Part shown: positions 16,522 to 24,775 of the stretch, piece by piece | How positions within the stretch are numbered: the stretch's first letter is position 1 | How the letters are laid out: every line of letters begins with the position of its first letter | IMG/VR virus record: IMGVR_UViG_3300048599_000179 | Location: 1-52,126 of that record | DNA: 52,126 nt | Reading direction: 5' to 3' (one strand) | Origin: a virus | Taxonomy: Duplodnaviria; Caudoviricetes | Notes under the pieces: generated by a model | Database searches by the model: none | Told to the model about the DNA's origin: nothing | Seen by the model: only the letters and a program-made list of their open reading frames with translations | Translations under genes and position numbers: made by a program

Positions 16522-17748
16522 CTAGAAGCGGATGCGAACGCCAGAGGTCACGGTATCGATGTCTCCACCGGCTCCGAGGTCAATCTCGTAACGGCGCAGA
16601 AGCAGGTACGCGTCAACCGCGTCACCGAGCTGCTGATTGAGCCCGACGCCGTAGAACTTGAGCGAGAGATCATCCCACTCGCTGTACTCACCGAAGATCG
16701 TGGATTGACCCACGGCGAACAGACGGCCTTCCCAGCCCGCTTGCACGTGATAGGACTCCGTTTCCAGGTTGCCCCCGCCGAGAACGGCCGGCACATCGGA
16801 CTTAAGACGTGCCCACGTGCCTTGCGCGAAGATGCCTGAGGCCACATGCTTGACGCCGCCATTGAGCGTGAGCGTCGTGGACTCGATCTCCGGAATAATG
16901 GGGCCGAGAACGCTCAGAGCTTCGATGATGTCGTTTCTCTTGTCGTCGTAGTATCCGAGAGCCGCAATCGCCTGGAAGCCAAGCCCCTCGCCCGACCAAC
17001 GAAGAACAGCGTCCCAGCTATCATCGTCCGACGACCACGCGGCAGAGGCCGAGAAACCAGCGATCACGGGGCTTGAATACTTAACCGCGTTCGCTTTGCG
17101 GCCGTTGAACGGCTCAAGCGGAATGTCGAGAAGATCGATCCCGAGCACGCTGACGGTGAGGCCACCAATCGGCTGCCATGTGAGCCTCTTCGAGGCGGCA
17201 TCCGTGCGGGCAACGCCCTGCTTCACGAGGTCATCCGTTGCCATCGACTGCAAGCCGATAGACAGCGTGCCGAGATCATCGCTCTTGAGGAAGGCGTAGG
17301 ACTGGCGGGTGTAGAGATCGTTGTTGGTCGCAACGCCGCCGTCGATTCCTCCGATACCAAGATTGAGACCGATGCCGGTCTGTCCCTGCCCGATTTCGAG
17401 CGTGTAGCCTGCCCAGAAACCAGGACGCACCAGCGCCGCGCCAGAGATCGACAGGAACGATTCCGACGTTCCGTTCTCGATCACATGCGTATCGGAGCCG
17501 AGCCCGAAATCGTCGGCGTCATAGTAGAACAGCGCCTTGTTGATCTGGCCCGCGACGACGACGGACACCTTGCGATTGCCCTTGCGTGCCGTGGTGGCCT
17601 CAAGCTCGGCAATCCGCTCCTCAAGGTCAGAGCAGCATCCGCCGCTCAAGTCAGCAGCATCCGCACGGCCGCTGAAAAAGGCGTAAGCGCACACGGCAGC
17701 ACCGCCAGCAAGGGCGAGCTTGACCCAGTGTTTTCTGATCAGTTCCAA
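16522..17748 (-). CDS. Outer-membrane porin (alphaproteobacterial beta-barrel)
   Basis: AGGAGG RBS plus TTG start; signal peptide ending ADA-A; DLSGGCCSDLEERIAELEATTARKGNRKVS N-terminus; amphipathic strands; C-terminal ...GVRIRF. Confidence 0.85.
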   Translation of the reverse strand: MELIRKHWVKLALAGGAAVCAYAFFSGRADAADLSGGCCSDLEERIAELEATTARKGNRKVSVVVAGQINKALFYYDADDFGLGSDTHVIENGTSESFLSISGAALVRPGFWAGYTLEIGQGQTGIGLNLGIGGIDGGVATNNDLYTRQSYAFLKSDDLGTLSIGLQSMATDDLVKQGVARTDAASKRLTWQPIGGLTVSVLGIDLLDIPLEPFNGRKANAVKYSSPVIAGFSASAAWSSDDDSWDAVLRWSGEGLGFQAIAALGYYDDKRNDIIEALSVLGPIIPEIESTTLTLNGGVKHVASGIFAQGTWARLKSDVPAVLGGGNLETESYHVQAGWEGRLFAVGQSTIFGEYSEWDDLSLKFYGVGLNQQLGDAVDAYLLLRRYEIDLGAGGDIDTVTSGVRIRF

Positions 17749-17845
17749 GGCTAGAAGCCTCCTGTTTTTTGACGCGATCACACGGTTGAAAATTCGCGCC
17801 AGGCTCTCAGGGGGCGAGCTGGCAGTTACGCACTTCGGAACCAAC

Positions 17846-18006
17846 GGCCACGGCAGCAACCACCACGGGGATGGTCTTTCAAAGTTGCTGCCGTGGCCTC
17901 GCACACGCTTTGCAGCGTGAACTGAAACGTTCGGCATCAGAGCCGGGGAGGCACGGCACACCGTCTTTCATCGGCTCACCCCGCTTTCGCAGGCATGCCT
18001 CCCCGG
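17846..18006. ncRNA. Long-stem hairpins upstream of the porin gene
   Basis: Perfect 15-bp stem GGCCACGGCAGCAAC/GTTGCTGCCGTGGCC (17846-17898), CACGCT/AGCGTG, and 11-bp CCGGGGAGGCA/TGCCTCCCCGG (17943-18006). Confidence 0.5.
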
Positions 18007-18022
18007 TGCTAAGGCCGGGTAC

Positions 18023-18172
18023 TCATCCACTCGACGCGATCCAGTCACGGAACGTCTTGTGGCCACCCTTCTCGAAGCACCGAAACGGGTTCTTGAAGGG
18101 AACCTCCGGCGCTCTCGGTTCACACGACGGACAGACGATTTCTCGCCATCCGTTCTCCGTCATGATCCACAT
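18023..18172 (-). CDS. 49-aa CxxC peptide
   Basis: Not in the ORF track. GGAGA RBS; MWIMTENGWREIVCPSCEPRAPEVPFKNPFRCFEKGGHKTFRDWIASSG*. Confidence 0.5.
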   Translation of the reverse strand: MWIMTENGWREIVCPSCEPRAPEVPFKNPFRCFEKGGHKTFRDWIASSG

Positions 18173-18187
18173 GTCAGTCTCCGGTTC

Positions 18188-18403
18188 AGATCACTCAGCA
18201 GGACGGGCCGGGCGCTACTCCGGCTGTACGTCTCTCCGTTTGTCGCGGGTCCAGTAACCCGCCGATTTCCGCCTCTGAGCACACGGGCGGCTCGCTCCGC
18301 ACGGACTTCTCTTTGCTCCCACCCGGCACCGTGCGTCGGTTGCGGCCAGTGGGAATGACCCCAGCGGGTCTGCTTTCCCCGCCGCCGTCCTGCTGAATGA
18401 TCT
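18188..18403 (-). ncRNA. Multibranch structured RNA
   Basis: 19-bp closing helix AGATCACTCAGCAGGACGG/CCGTCCTGCTGAATGATCT, whose one mismatch becomes G-U on the minus strand; internal stems GCCGG/CCGGC, GCGGGT/ACCCGC, CCGCC/GGCGG, TCCCAC/GTGGGA. Confidence 0.55.
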
Positions 18404-18635
18404 CGATACGCACTAAGGAAAATCGCGGCACTCAGAACGAAGCCGCGCAAGGTTAGGGAGGTAACGCGCCCAAGGCGGGCTCCTGCTACGAGGTCTATGT
18501 CGTGGCAGGGTTCAGATCGCCGATAGCTGCTGATCAAGCAGCGGACCGCCTTTTCACATCACGCCGAAGCGTGAGGTTGGCTGCCGCCCTGTCCGGCTCT
18601 CGTCGCTCTCCACGCCGTTGTGGATGTTGACAAGA

Positions 18636-18755
18636 TCGACGACCTGAACGCTGACGCGACAAACGCACGTGTTAGAGTGAACGCCCAACAGATGAGAAGA
18701 CATGAGGTCGATGACCTGAACGCTGACGCGGGGTACGCCCGTGTGTATTCTGAAC
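18636..18755. repeat. Imperfect direct repeat, 72-bp period
   Basis: TCGA(C/T)GACCTGAACGCTGACGCG at 18636 and 18708; similarity continues as ACGC.CGTGT...TGAAC. Confidence 0.85.
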
Positions 18756-18780
18756 AACTAACTCTCCGGGGGACGCTCAC

Positions 18781-18951
18781 ATGCTCGAAGCACTCGCAAC
18801 CGTTGTTCTCTTGCTCCTCATGTTCGTGCCGCTCGTGAACATCATCGTGGGTCTTGTCGCGGGCGGCATGGTTTTCGGTCCGGTCGGCGCCATCGCTGGC
18901 TTCATCATCGGGTTCGTGATCACCGGTATGTTCGCCAATTACCGGCCCTGA
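18781..18951 (+). CDS. 56-aa hydrophobic membrane protein
   Basis: Not in the ORF track. GGGGGA RBS; MLEALATVVLLLLMFVPLVNIIVGLVAGGMVFGPVGAIAGFIIGFVITGMFANYRP* with glycine-zipper TMs. Confidence 0.65.
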   Translation: MLEALATVVLLLLMFVPLVNIIVGLVAGGMVFGPVGAIAGFIIGFVITGMFANYRP

Positions 18952-19032
18952 CGCGGGATACGGAGCTGTGAACAGAACTGCACGCCCGGATTATTTTTAC
19001 AGACGACTTCCCTTATGAGCGCGCCGTGTTAA

Positions 19033-19296
19033 TTATGCTGCGGTGCACCTTTGCGGAGAGTCAGCTTTGCGCAAACTTTTGCGCTTCTTTTGACCCTTAA
19101 CGTCTTGATTTGCGCGGTAGATATCGTCTACCGAAACACCCGCACGCGAAATAATCAGCGGCCAATGGTCATCAGGGATTCCGTTGTGAAACCACTTGTA
19201 GACAGCGTCCACACCAACAGGGTGGTCAGTCTCGGCACTTGCCAAAGACACCGCCTCTGCCCCGCCAGCAAGCTTGATCAAAGCTCTCGTGCTCAT
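19033..19296 (-). CDS. cro: Cro-like repressor
   Basis: MSTRALIKLAGG...AV..W..NGIP..HW..I; divergent from cI. Confidence 0.75.
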   Translation of the reverse strand: MSTRALIKLAGGAEAVSLASAETDHPVGVDAVYKWFHNGIPDDHWPLIISRAGVSVDDIYRANQDVKGQKKRKSLRKADSPQRCTAA

Positions 19297-19305
19297 ACGA
19301 ATTAG

Positions 19306-19366
19306 TGTATGGAAAGAAATTACAGCTTGCAAGACAAAATTTACAGTCTATGTAATTTTTATACAG
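19306..19366. promoter_or_regulatory. OR-like operator region
   Basis: TGTA-N7-TACA at 19351-19365 and TGGA-N7-TACA at 19310-19324, matching the sites downstream of cI. Confidence 0.65.
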
Positions 19367-19379
19367 GACGCTTCTGGTC

Positions 19380-20003
19380 ATGAAGTGGCACGAGCGCCTG
19401 AAAGAGTGGATGAGTGAGGCGCGCTGGAACGTGCCAGAGCTGGCGCGGCGTACCGGCATCGACAAAGAAGTGATTTATCAGTGGCTGAAGGGATCTGTGG
19501 ATAACCCACGCGGCAACGCTTTAGCAGTTGTAGCGGCTGCATTTGACAAGACTGAAATAGAACTTCGCCTCGGGTCGGGAGCATTGACTGACCCCCGCCT
19601 AACAAAGGTTCCCTTGCTTTCCATGAACAAATTGGGAACACTGGAGAGAGGGAAAGACCCGCGTAGCATTTGGGACGGGACCTCAACCGTGACAGCACCT
19701 CATGACGTTAGTCCAAAAGCTTTTGCTATAGTGATAAAAGACGACAGCTGCTCCCCTTTTGTTGAGGTCAATGACGTAATAATAGTTGAGCCGCAGGCCG
19801 AGATAGAGCCAGGCCGCTTTGTTGTCGCCGTTGTTGAAGACCTTCAGAGGGCGGTGTTTCGTCGCTATAGCCCGCGTGGGTTGCACCCAGACGCTCCGTA
19901 TCAGCTCTTGGCTGAAAACAAGCATTTCCCGCCAATTGATATCGACTCAGATCATCCCGGCTCTATCCTCGGCCGAGGCGTGAAGCGCATCGTCGACATT
20001 TAA
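19380..20003 (+). CDS. cI: CI-like repressor (XRE HTH plus S24 peptidase domain)
   Basis: ELARRTGIDKEVIYQW HTH; FAI.I..DSC.P...ND.IIV.P and VFRRY...L..EN..FPPI. Confidence 0.9.
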   Translation: MKWHERLKEWMSEARWNVPELARRTGIDKEVIYQWLKGSVDNPRGNALAVVAAAFDKTEIELRLGSGALTDPRLTKVPLLSMNKLGTLERGKDPRSIWDGTSTVTAPHDVSPKAFAIVIKDDSCSPFVEVNDVIIVEPQAEIEPGRFVVAVVEDLQRAVFRRYSPRGLHPDAPYQLLAENKHFPPIDIDSDHPGSILGRGVKRIVDI

Positions 20004-20030
20004 AACACTGAATTAGGCGCAGTTTGGTCA

Positions 20031-20091
20031 ATCTGTATTTTTTTTACAGATTTCTGTTGACACGCCCTGCGTCTGTAAATAAATTACAGAT
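20031..20091 (+). promoter_or_regulatory. pL-like promoter with two operators
   Basis: TTGACA(20057)-N17-TAAATT(20080), with palindromes TCTGTA-N7-TACAGA at 20032-20050 and 20072-20090. Confidence 0.8.
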
Positions 20092-20110
20092 CGTCACCGC
20101 TTCGAAGCGC

Positions 20111-20304
20111 GCCGTCATCTAACGGCAACCTCCGGGACCGGCGATGAGGCCAGCAAGCCCCTTTCTCTCCCGTGAGCCACACCACCCTGCGGGCCTCCCT
20201 TCTCTCACTCGCGTGAACACGAGTTGGTCGTGAGGGCTTGCAGCCGCTTAGGCGGGGACTGGCCACGCGGTCGGGCGCTAGGGAGCGGCGCGGCCCTCAC
20301 GACC
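20111..20304 (+). ncRNA. Structured leader of the early + operon
   Basis: GCCGT/ACGGC, GGCCAG/CTGGCC, GCAAGCCC/GGGCTTGC, ACTCG/CGAGT, and 12-bp GGTCGTGAGGGC/GCCCTCACGACC. Confidence 0.45.
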
Positions 20305-20367
20305 TAATCAACAAGCAAGCAGGGCGCGGCGTCTCCACCGTCACTCGTAACCAGGAGACAAACCAAC

Positions 20368-20580
20368 ATGGTTTCCAAATGGACCACGGATCAAATCTTG
20401 GATCAGCATCGCGGATGGTGCGCAGCCCGCAGCGGCGAGCCTCCAAACCCGCACGAGAGCCGAGCGTGGCGCTACGGCTATGCCGTCTGGACGAAGACGC
20501 GGAAGCCTCTGTCGCCGCAGAACCGGAAACCCACCCTCTCGCAGATGTTCGCTCAATCTGGGCCTTCATGGACCTCGTGA
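20368..20580 (+). CDS. Small protein, possible Rmf/CrpP-like fold
   Basis: AGGAG RBS; RGWCAARSGEPPNPHESRAWRYGY resembles the G..A...G....P....W..G pattern of RMF. Confidence 0.5.
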   Translation: MVSKWTTDQILDQHRGWCAARSGEPPNPHESRAWRYGYAVWTKTRKPLSPQNRKPTLSQMFAQSGPSWTS

Positions 20581-20702
20581 ACGAGATCGAGCGGCGCCAG
20601 CAGGATTACGACGCGGCTCCAGGGTGCACGCACTGCATCGGCGGCGTCACGGCGGACGATGACATCTGCCAGTTCTGCTGTGGCGAAGGGAGGCTGCTGT
20701 GA
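20568..20702 (+). CDS. Small zinc-finger protein
   Basis: CTHCIGG...CQFCCGEG (DnaJ-like CxxCxGxG). Confidence 0.5.
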   Translation: MDLVNEIERRQQDYDAAPGCTHCIGGVTADDDICQFCCGEGRLL

Positions 20703-20890
20703 TGCGCGATCCTCAGCCTGACGATTGGATCTGCGCGCCGTGCGGCAAGCGGCTCGGGCGCGCTTCGACGGCCCCGCACATTTCCACGTGGCACATCGGG
20801 CACTGCACCTACTGCGGATCGTTCGATCTCCCCGTCACGTCACCGAGAGATTTTGGGTATCCGCGCGTTCCGGAGAGGGCAGAGAAATGA
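20699..20890 (+). CDS. Small zinc-finger protein
   Basis: WICAPCG...STWH.G.CTYCG...VT.PRDFGYP. Confidence 0.6.
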   Translation: MMRDPQPDDWICAPCGKRLGRASTAPHISTWHIGHCTYCGSFDLPVTSPRDFGYPRVPERAEK

Positions 20891-21081
20891 AGATCGACAC
20901 CGACGACAAGCAGACGCTGATGAAGGTGGCGCACGCTCTCTGTGGCGATGTTACCCCCGCCGAAGCCTTCGACTTCGTGAAGGAGGTATACCGCCTCGGC
21001 TACCTCGCGCGGAAGAAGGAATCTCTCCGCAACTCTCTCACCATCGAGCTTCTGAAGGAGTCCGCCAATGGACGACACTAG
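20887..21081 (+). CDS. Hypothetical protein
   Basis: ATGA overlap; MKIDTDDKQ... Confidence 0.55.
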   Translation: MKIDTDDKQTLMKVAHALCGDVTPAEAFDFVKEVYRLGYLARKKESLRNSLTIELLKESANGRH

Positions 21082-21274
21082 CGACACGTTCGTTCCCGTG
21101 TCCTCGCCGGTCGGATCGATCATGGCGAGGCTCAAGGCGGCAACCGCTCTCAAGAACTCTGACGTTCTTCGCGAGACGGCGCGCGCAACCGGCAACGGCC
21201 CTCTCATGGCCCAATCAGCACGGTGCCTTCTCGACTACGAGCGCCATGCTGAAGAAAGCCAGTGGTTCGCATGA
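21068..21274 (+). CDS. Hypothetical protein
   Basis: AAGGAG RBS. Confidence 0.55.
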   Translation: MDDTSDTFVPVSSPVGSIMARLKAATALKNSDVLRETARATGNGPLMAQSARCLLDYERHAEESQWFA

Positions 21275-21435
21275 CCATGTCCAACGTCATCGATCTCTCC
21301 AAACACGCATCACGGAAAAAGGACCTTGAGGTGGTGTCGGCCTTCTCGCGACAGTTCTCGCTCGTCATTCGAGAGTTGATTGCGCTCGTGAGAGATGTCC
21401 GGGCCGGGAAGAGAAGGAGCCTAGTCGATGGATGA
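21271..21435 (+). CDS. Hypothetical protein (54 aa)
   Basis: Not in the ORF track. ATGA overlap; SNVIDL motif. Confidence 0.45.
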   Translation: MTMSNVIDLSKHASRKKDLEVVSAFSRQFSLVIRELIALVRDVRAGKRRSLVDG

Positions 21436-22411
21436 GTTTCAGTTCTGGCGCGATGCGCTGGCAGGAAAGAAGGTCGAGATCAGCGCTGACGCTCCGCAGC
21501 CCGGCTATTACAAGACGCGGACGCGCAAGGATGGCCCGTATGTGCCCGTCGCGATCTGGACCGCAAACGGAGAGCTGGTCTGCCGCGTCGGCAACGAGAA
21601 GCGTGATCCTGTCAGCGTGTGGACGTTCTGCGCTGACAAGCCCGTTTCGAAGGATGATGCGAAGCACGCCTTTGAGCATGGGACGTGGCCTGACATGCCG
21701 ACCGACATTCCGGCATCCAACATGCCCAGCGATCCGCTCGAAGCGCTCAAGATGGAAATCGCTGACAAGGAAGCGCAGGCAGAATCTCTCCTGGCCTCTG
21801 GATCGGCCGAGAGGAACGCAGCCGATGCAAACAAGGCCCGCAATATCCAGGCCAAGCTTCTAGACCTCAAGAAGCGGGCCGATGATCTGTTCGAGGCGGA
21901 GAAGGCGCCCATTCGCGTCAAGGCAAACGCTATCGATGAGAAGTACAGGTTCCGCGATGCAGTTAAGTCTGTCGCTGATCGGCTCCGCAAAGCCTACGAA
22001 CGCTTCGCCAAGGCTGAAGAAGACCGCTTGCGCGCAGAGGCTCAGAAGAAGTTCGAGGCTGAGCGCGCAGCATTGGAAGCGGCGCGCAAGGCCGCGGAAG
22101 AGGCGCAAGCTAAGCTGCTACGCGAAGACCCTATAGCGGCCCTCACCAGCGATCCTGAGCCGTTGCCTGAACTACCGCTGGCACCCGAGCCGGTCAAAGT
22201 GCAGATCGGCGGCGGATTTGGTCGCAAGGCTGGCCTAAAAACCGATTGGCTTGCGCAGGTCGAAGACTATGCGGCGGCCACCTCACACTTTGCCGATCAC
22301 CCCGATGTAAAGGCTCTCATTGAGAAGCTGGCTACCAAGGCGGTGAAGGCAGCCAAGGGCGCAATCTCTATTCCAGGCGTGAAGGTGGTCGAGGAAAGGC
22401 GCGCGGCATGA
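21428..22411 (+). CDS. Coiled-coil recombination-module protein
   Basis: PQPGYY...VPVAIW N-terminus, a long coiled coil and an IPGV C-terminus; sits upstream of RecT. Confidence 0.75.
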   Translation: MDEFQFWRDALAGKKVEISADAPQPGYYKTRTRKDGPYVPVAIWTANGELVCRVGNEKRDPVSVWTFCADKPVSKDDAKHAFEHGTWPDMPTDIPASNMPSDPLEALKMEIADKEAQAESLLASGSAERNAADANKARNIQAKLLDLKKRADDLFEAEKAPIRVKANAIDEKYRFRDAVKSVADRLRKAYERFAKAEEDRLRAEAQKKFEAERAALEAARKAAEEAQAKLLREDPIAALTSDPEPLPELPLAPEPVKVQIGGGFGRKAGLKTDWLAQVEDYAAATSHFADHPDVKALIEKLATKAVKAAKGAISIPGVKVVEERRAA

Positions 22412-23259
22412 ACGAGACAGTCGCCACATCAGACGGTCTGGTCTCACTCCCTGCCATTCAGGAAATGGCACAGACCTACAAGCTCAGCGCCAAGGCGTTC
22501 GCCTTCACGTTTCGCGCCGTCGCGATGCCTCAGCCTCATACGGAAGCTGAGTTCGTGTCCTGCTGCCTCGTAGCCCGTGAGCACGGCCTGAACCCGCTCA
22601 CGAAAGAAATCTACTTCATGCGGGATAAGCACGGAAACATTCAGGCCATCGTCGGCATCGACGGCTGGATCAAGAAGTGCAACGAGCATCCGCAGTTCGA
22701 CGGTCTGGAGTTTGAGCATACGCACAAGGCTGACGCGCTGGTTTCAATCAAGGCGCGCATCTTCCGCAAGGACAGAACGCGCGCAATTGAGATCACCGAG
22801 TTCATGAGCGAGTGCGTTCAGGTCCGAAAGACGGAAGGGCCTTGGCAATCACACCCGAGCCGGATGCTTCGGCATCGCGCCTTGGCTCAATGCGCCCGTG
22901 TTGCCTTCGGGTTTGCCGGCGTGATGGATCGCGAAGAGTTCGATCAGTGGCAGGCGATGAAGGATGTCACGCCTGCCAAGGATGCCATCGCTGACACGGG
23001 CTGCCAATCACTGCCAGATCTGCCGGAAATACCAGACATTCCCGATCTGCCGGATATTTCCGGCGAAAGCCAGGATGCTCATCACGACGATCTCATTGCA
23101 GACGTAGACGGGTTTCTCGCTGACCTCGAAGAGCAGCGTTCCTATTGCCAAAGCGAGGACGATCTTCGCGAACTCATGGAGTCTAGGTCGGACTTGATCG
23201 AGCGCCTTCCCGCGCCCGCCAAGGCGAAGGCTCTCAAGATTTTGGAGATCGAGGAATGA
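22408..23259 (+). CDS. RecT/Red-beta family single-strand annealing protein
   Basis: GLNPLTKEIY, IVGIDGW, PW.SHP.RMLRH.AL.QCAR.AFGFAG..D.EE. Confidence 0.9.
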   Translation: MNETVATSDGLVSLPAIQEMAQTYKLSAKAFAFTFRAVAMPQPHTEAEFVSCCLVAREHGLNPLTKEIYFMRDKHGNIQAIVGIDGWIKKCNEHPQFDGLEFEHTHKADALVSIKARIFRKDRTRAIEITEFMSECVQVRKTEGPWQSHPSRMLRHRALAQCARVAFGFAGVMDREEFDQWQAMKDVTPAKDAIADTGCQSLPDLPEIPDIPDLPDISGESQDAHHDDLIADVDGFLADLEEQRSYCQSEDDLRELMESRSDLIERLPAPAKAKALKILEIEE

Positions 23260-23624
23260 CAGCCGTCCAGCGCCTTCAGCAAGAGATGCCGGAGCGAGAG
23301 CAGTCAACGGTCGAGAAGTTCCGGCTTGTCGCTCTTCAATTCTGCGACGCCGATGCTGCCGCGTCTCTGATGGAAGAACTCAAGACCACCACACTCGCCA
23401 AGATGAAGGCCGACCTCATTTTGCGCGAAGGCCCGATGGCCGACAACAAGGCGGAAATGACGGTGAAGGCATCTCGGGATTGGGAGGACTACATCCGCGA
23501 CATGTGCGGGCACCGAGCTAAAGCGACAAAGTTCAAGCTCCAGCTAGAATATCTTCGAATGCTGGACAGGAAGGAAGATCGAGAGGCCTGGGCGGCACGC
23601 ACCGAGCATCGGATGAGCCGGTGA
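23256..23624 (+). CDS. Hypothetical helical protein
   Basis: Coupled to RecT; coiled-coil character. Confidence 0.65.
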   Translation: MTAVQRLQQEMPEREQSTVEKFRLVALQFCDADAAASLMEELKTTTLAKMKADLILREGPMADNKAEMTVKASRDWEDYIRDMCGHRAKATKFKLQLEYLRMLDRKEDREAWAARTEHRMSR

Positions 23625-23813
23625 ATGCCAGTCGTCTCGCCAATTCGCAGTTCATCCGACAGGCAGAGAGAAATCCTCTCACTGCCATACGGGACAAGGA
23701 TCGCGATAGCGAGGAAATCGGCAAGAGAAGGCTACGGGTTCGAGGATCTGATGATTTCGTTCAACATCTCTGAGAGCGACGCGAGACGCATTGTGTTCGG
23801 GAGGGACGAGTGA
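23625..23813 (+). CDS. Small HTH-like protein
   Basis: GYGFEDL...FNISESDARRIV. Confidence 0.5.
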   Translation: MPVVSPIRSSSDRQREILSLPYGTRIAIARKSAREGYGFEDLMISFNISESDARRIVFGRDE

Positions 23814-24241
23814 CCCGCAAGCGCCGCACAGCAGAGCATCGCGAGGAAGACGTGATCCCTATTCGACAGCGCCTAGCACGCAAGAACAAGAAGAGCGCCG
23901 CAGAGAAGCGCGAGGGCAACTCCGAGGCCCATCTCCTTCTCATTCGTCTGTTGCCCTGCTGCGTGACCGGAAAGAAAGCGCCCAACGACCCTCACCATTT
24001 GAAGGAAGGTCTTGCGCACGAACGCGGGCTCGGGCGCCGGTCAACAGATCGCTGGGCCGTTCCGCTATCCCGCGAGAAGCACGATGAAGTTGAGCGCATA
24101 GGGTCTCGGAATGAATGGGCTTGGTTTCGTCAGCACGGAATCGAAGACCCGTTGGAACTGGCAGCGGCACTGTGGCGGAACACCGGAGACCTGGAGCGGA
24201 TGCGCAAGGTTCTCGCCGCACACGTAGGAAGGACACGGTGA
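23810..24241 (+). CDS. DUF968-like (HNH-fold) protein
   Basis: HL..IR.LPCCV.G....PHH...G.G.R..D.WAVPL.R..H. Confidence 0.75.
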   Translation: MTRKRRTAEHREEDVIPIRQRLARKNKKSAAEKREGNSEAHLLLIRLLPCCVTGKKAPNDPHHLKEGLAHERGLGRRSTDRWAVPLSREKHDEVERIGSRNEWAWFRQHGIEDPLELAAALWRNTGDLERMRKVLAAHVGRTR

Positions 24242-24486
24242 TGATTCCAGACACGATCACTCTGAACGGGGACGCGTATGTGCGCGCAACACCGGATCAG
24301 ATAGCCGCAGAAGTGGCGAGCTGGGACAGCGATGCACAAGCACAGCTTTTCAACTGTCTGGGAGCGTTATGCAAAACGTGGGGTTCGTGGAATTACGCGG
24401 AGCCGCACTGGTGCGACATGGCAGGACACCTCAACGAGGATGGACGCGGTGTGCTCCAGTCCATCTCACAATTCTTAGACGACTGA
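24241..24486 (+). CDS. Hypothetical protein
   Basis: MIPDTITL...; coupled gene. Confidence 0.5.
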   Translation: MIPDTITLNGDAYVRATPDQIAAEVASWDSDAQAQLFNCLGALCKTWGSWNYAEPHWCDMAGHLNEDGRGVLQSISQFLDD

Positions 24487-24532
24487 ACAGTTGTCCCGCG
24501 TTGAGGACAGAACAGAGGAGAGCGCCACCTAA

Positions 24533-24775
24533 ATGGACCCCGACACTCACCAGGACGCCGAGCGGCGGATGATCATCATCCTGAGCATCATCGCTGTCGT
24601 CACGGCTATCGGCGTCGGCGTGCTGCTCCGCGAGCTGTACTACGGGGCCTACCCCCATCTTCGCCCGCAGTCGGCTGTGTCAGCGGGCATCGTCGAGACC
24701 TGCAACATCGAGTGCGTACTGCGTCGCGTGACGATCCTTGAAACCCGTATGGATGCCGTGGAGGGAAAGCGGTGA
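24533..24775 (+). CDS. Single-TM hypothetical protein
   Basis: GAGGAG RBS; TM IIILSIIAVVTAIGVGVLL. Confidence 0.55.
   Translation: MDPDTHQDAERRMIIILSIIAVVTAIGVGVLLRELYYGAYPHLRPQSAVSAGIVETCNIECVLRRVTILETRMDAVEGKR

Noticed and set aside
17749-17961. Extended N-terminus of the porin as given in the ORF track
   Set aside because: The RBS and signal peptide indicate a TTG start at 17748; the upstream part is hairpin-rich leader.
18636-18730. Mini CRISPR array
   Set aside because: Only two copies, similarity extends into the would-be spacer, and there are no cas genes or leader.
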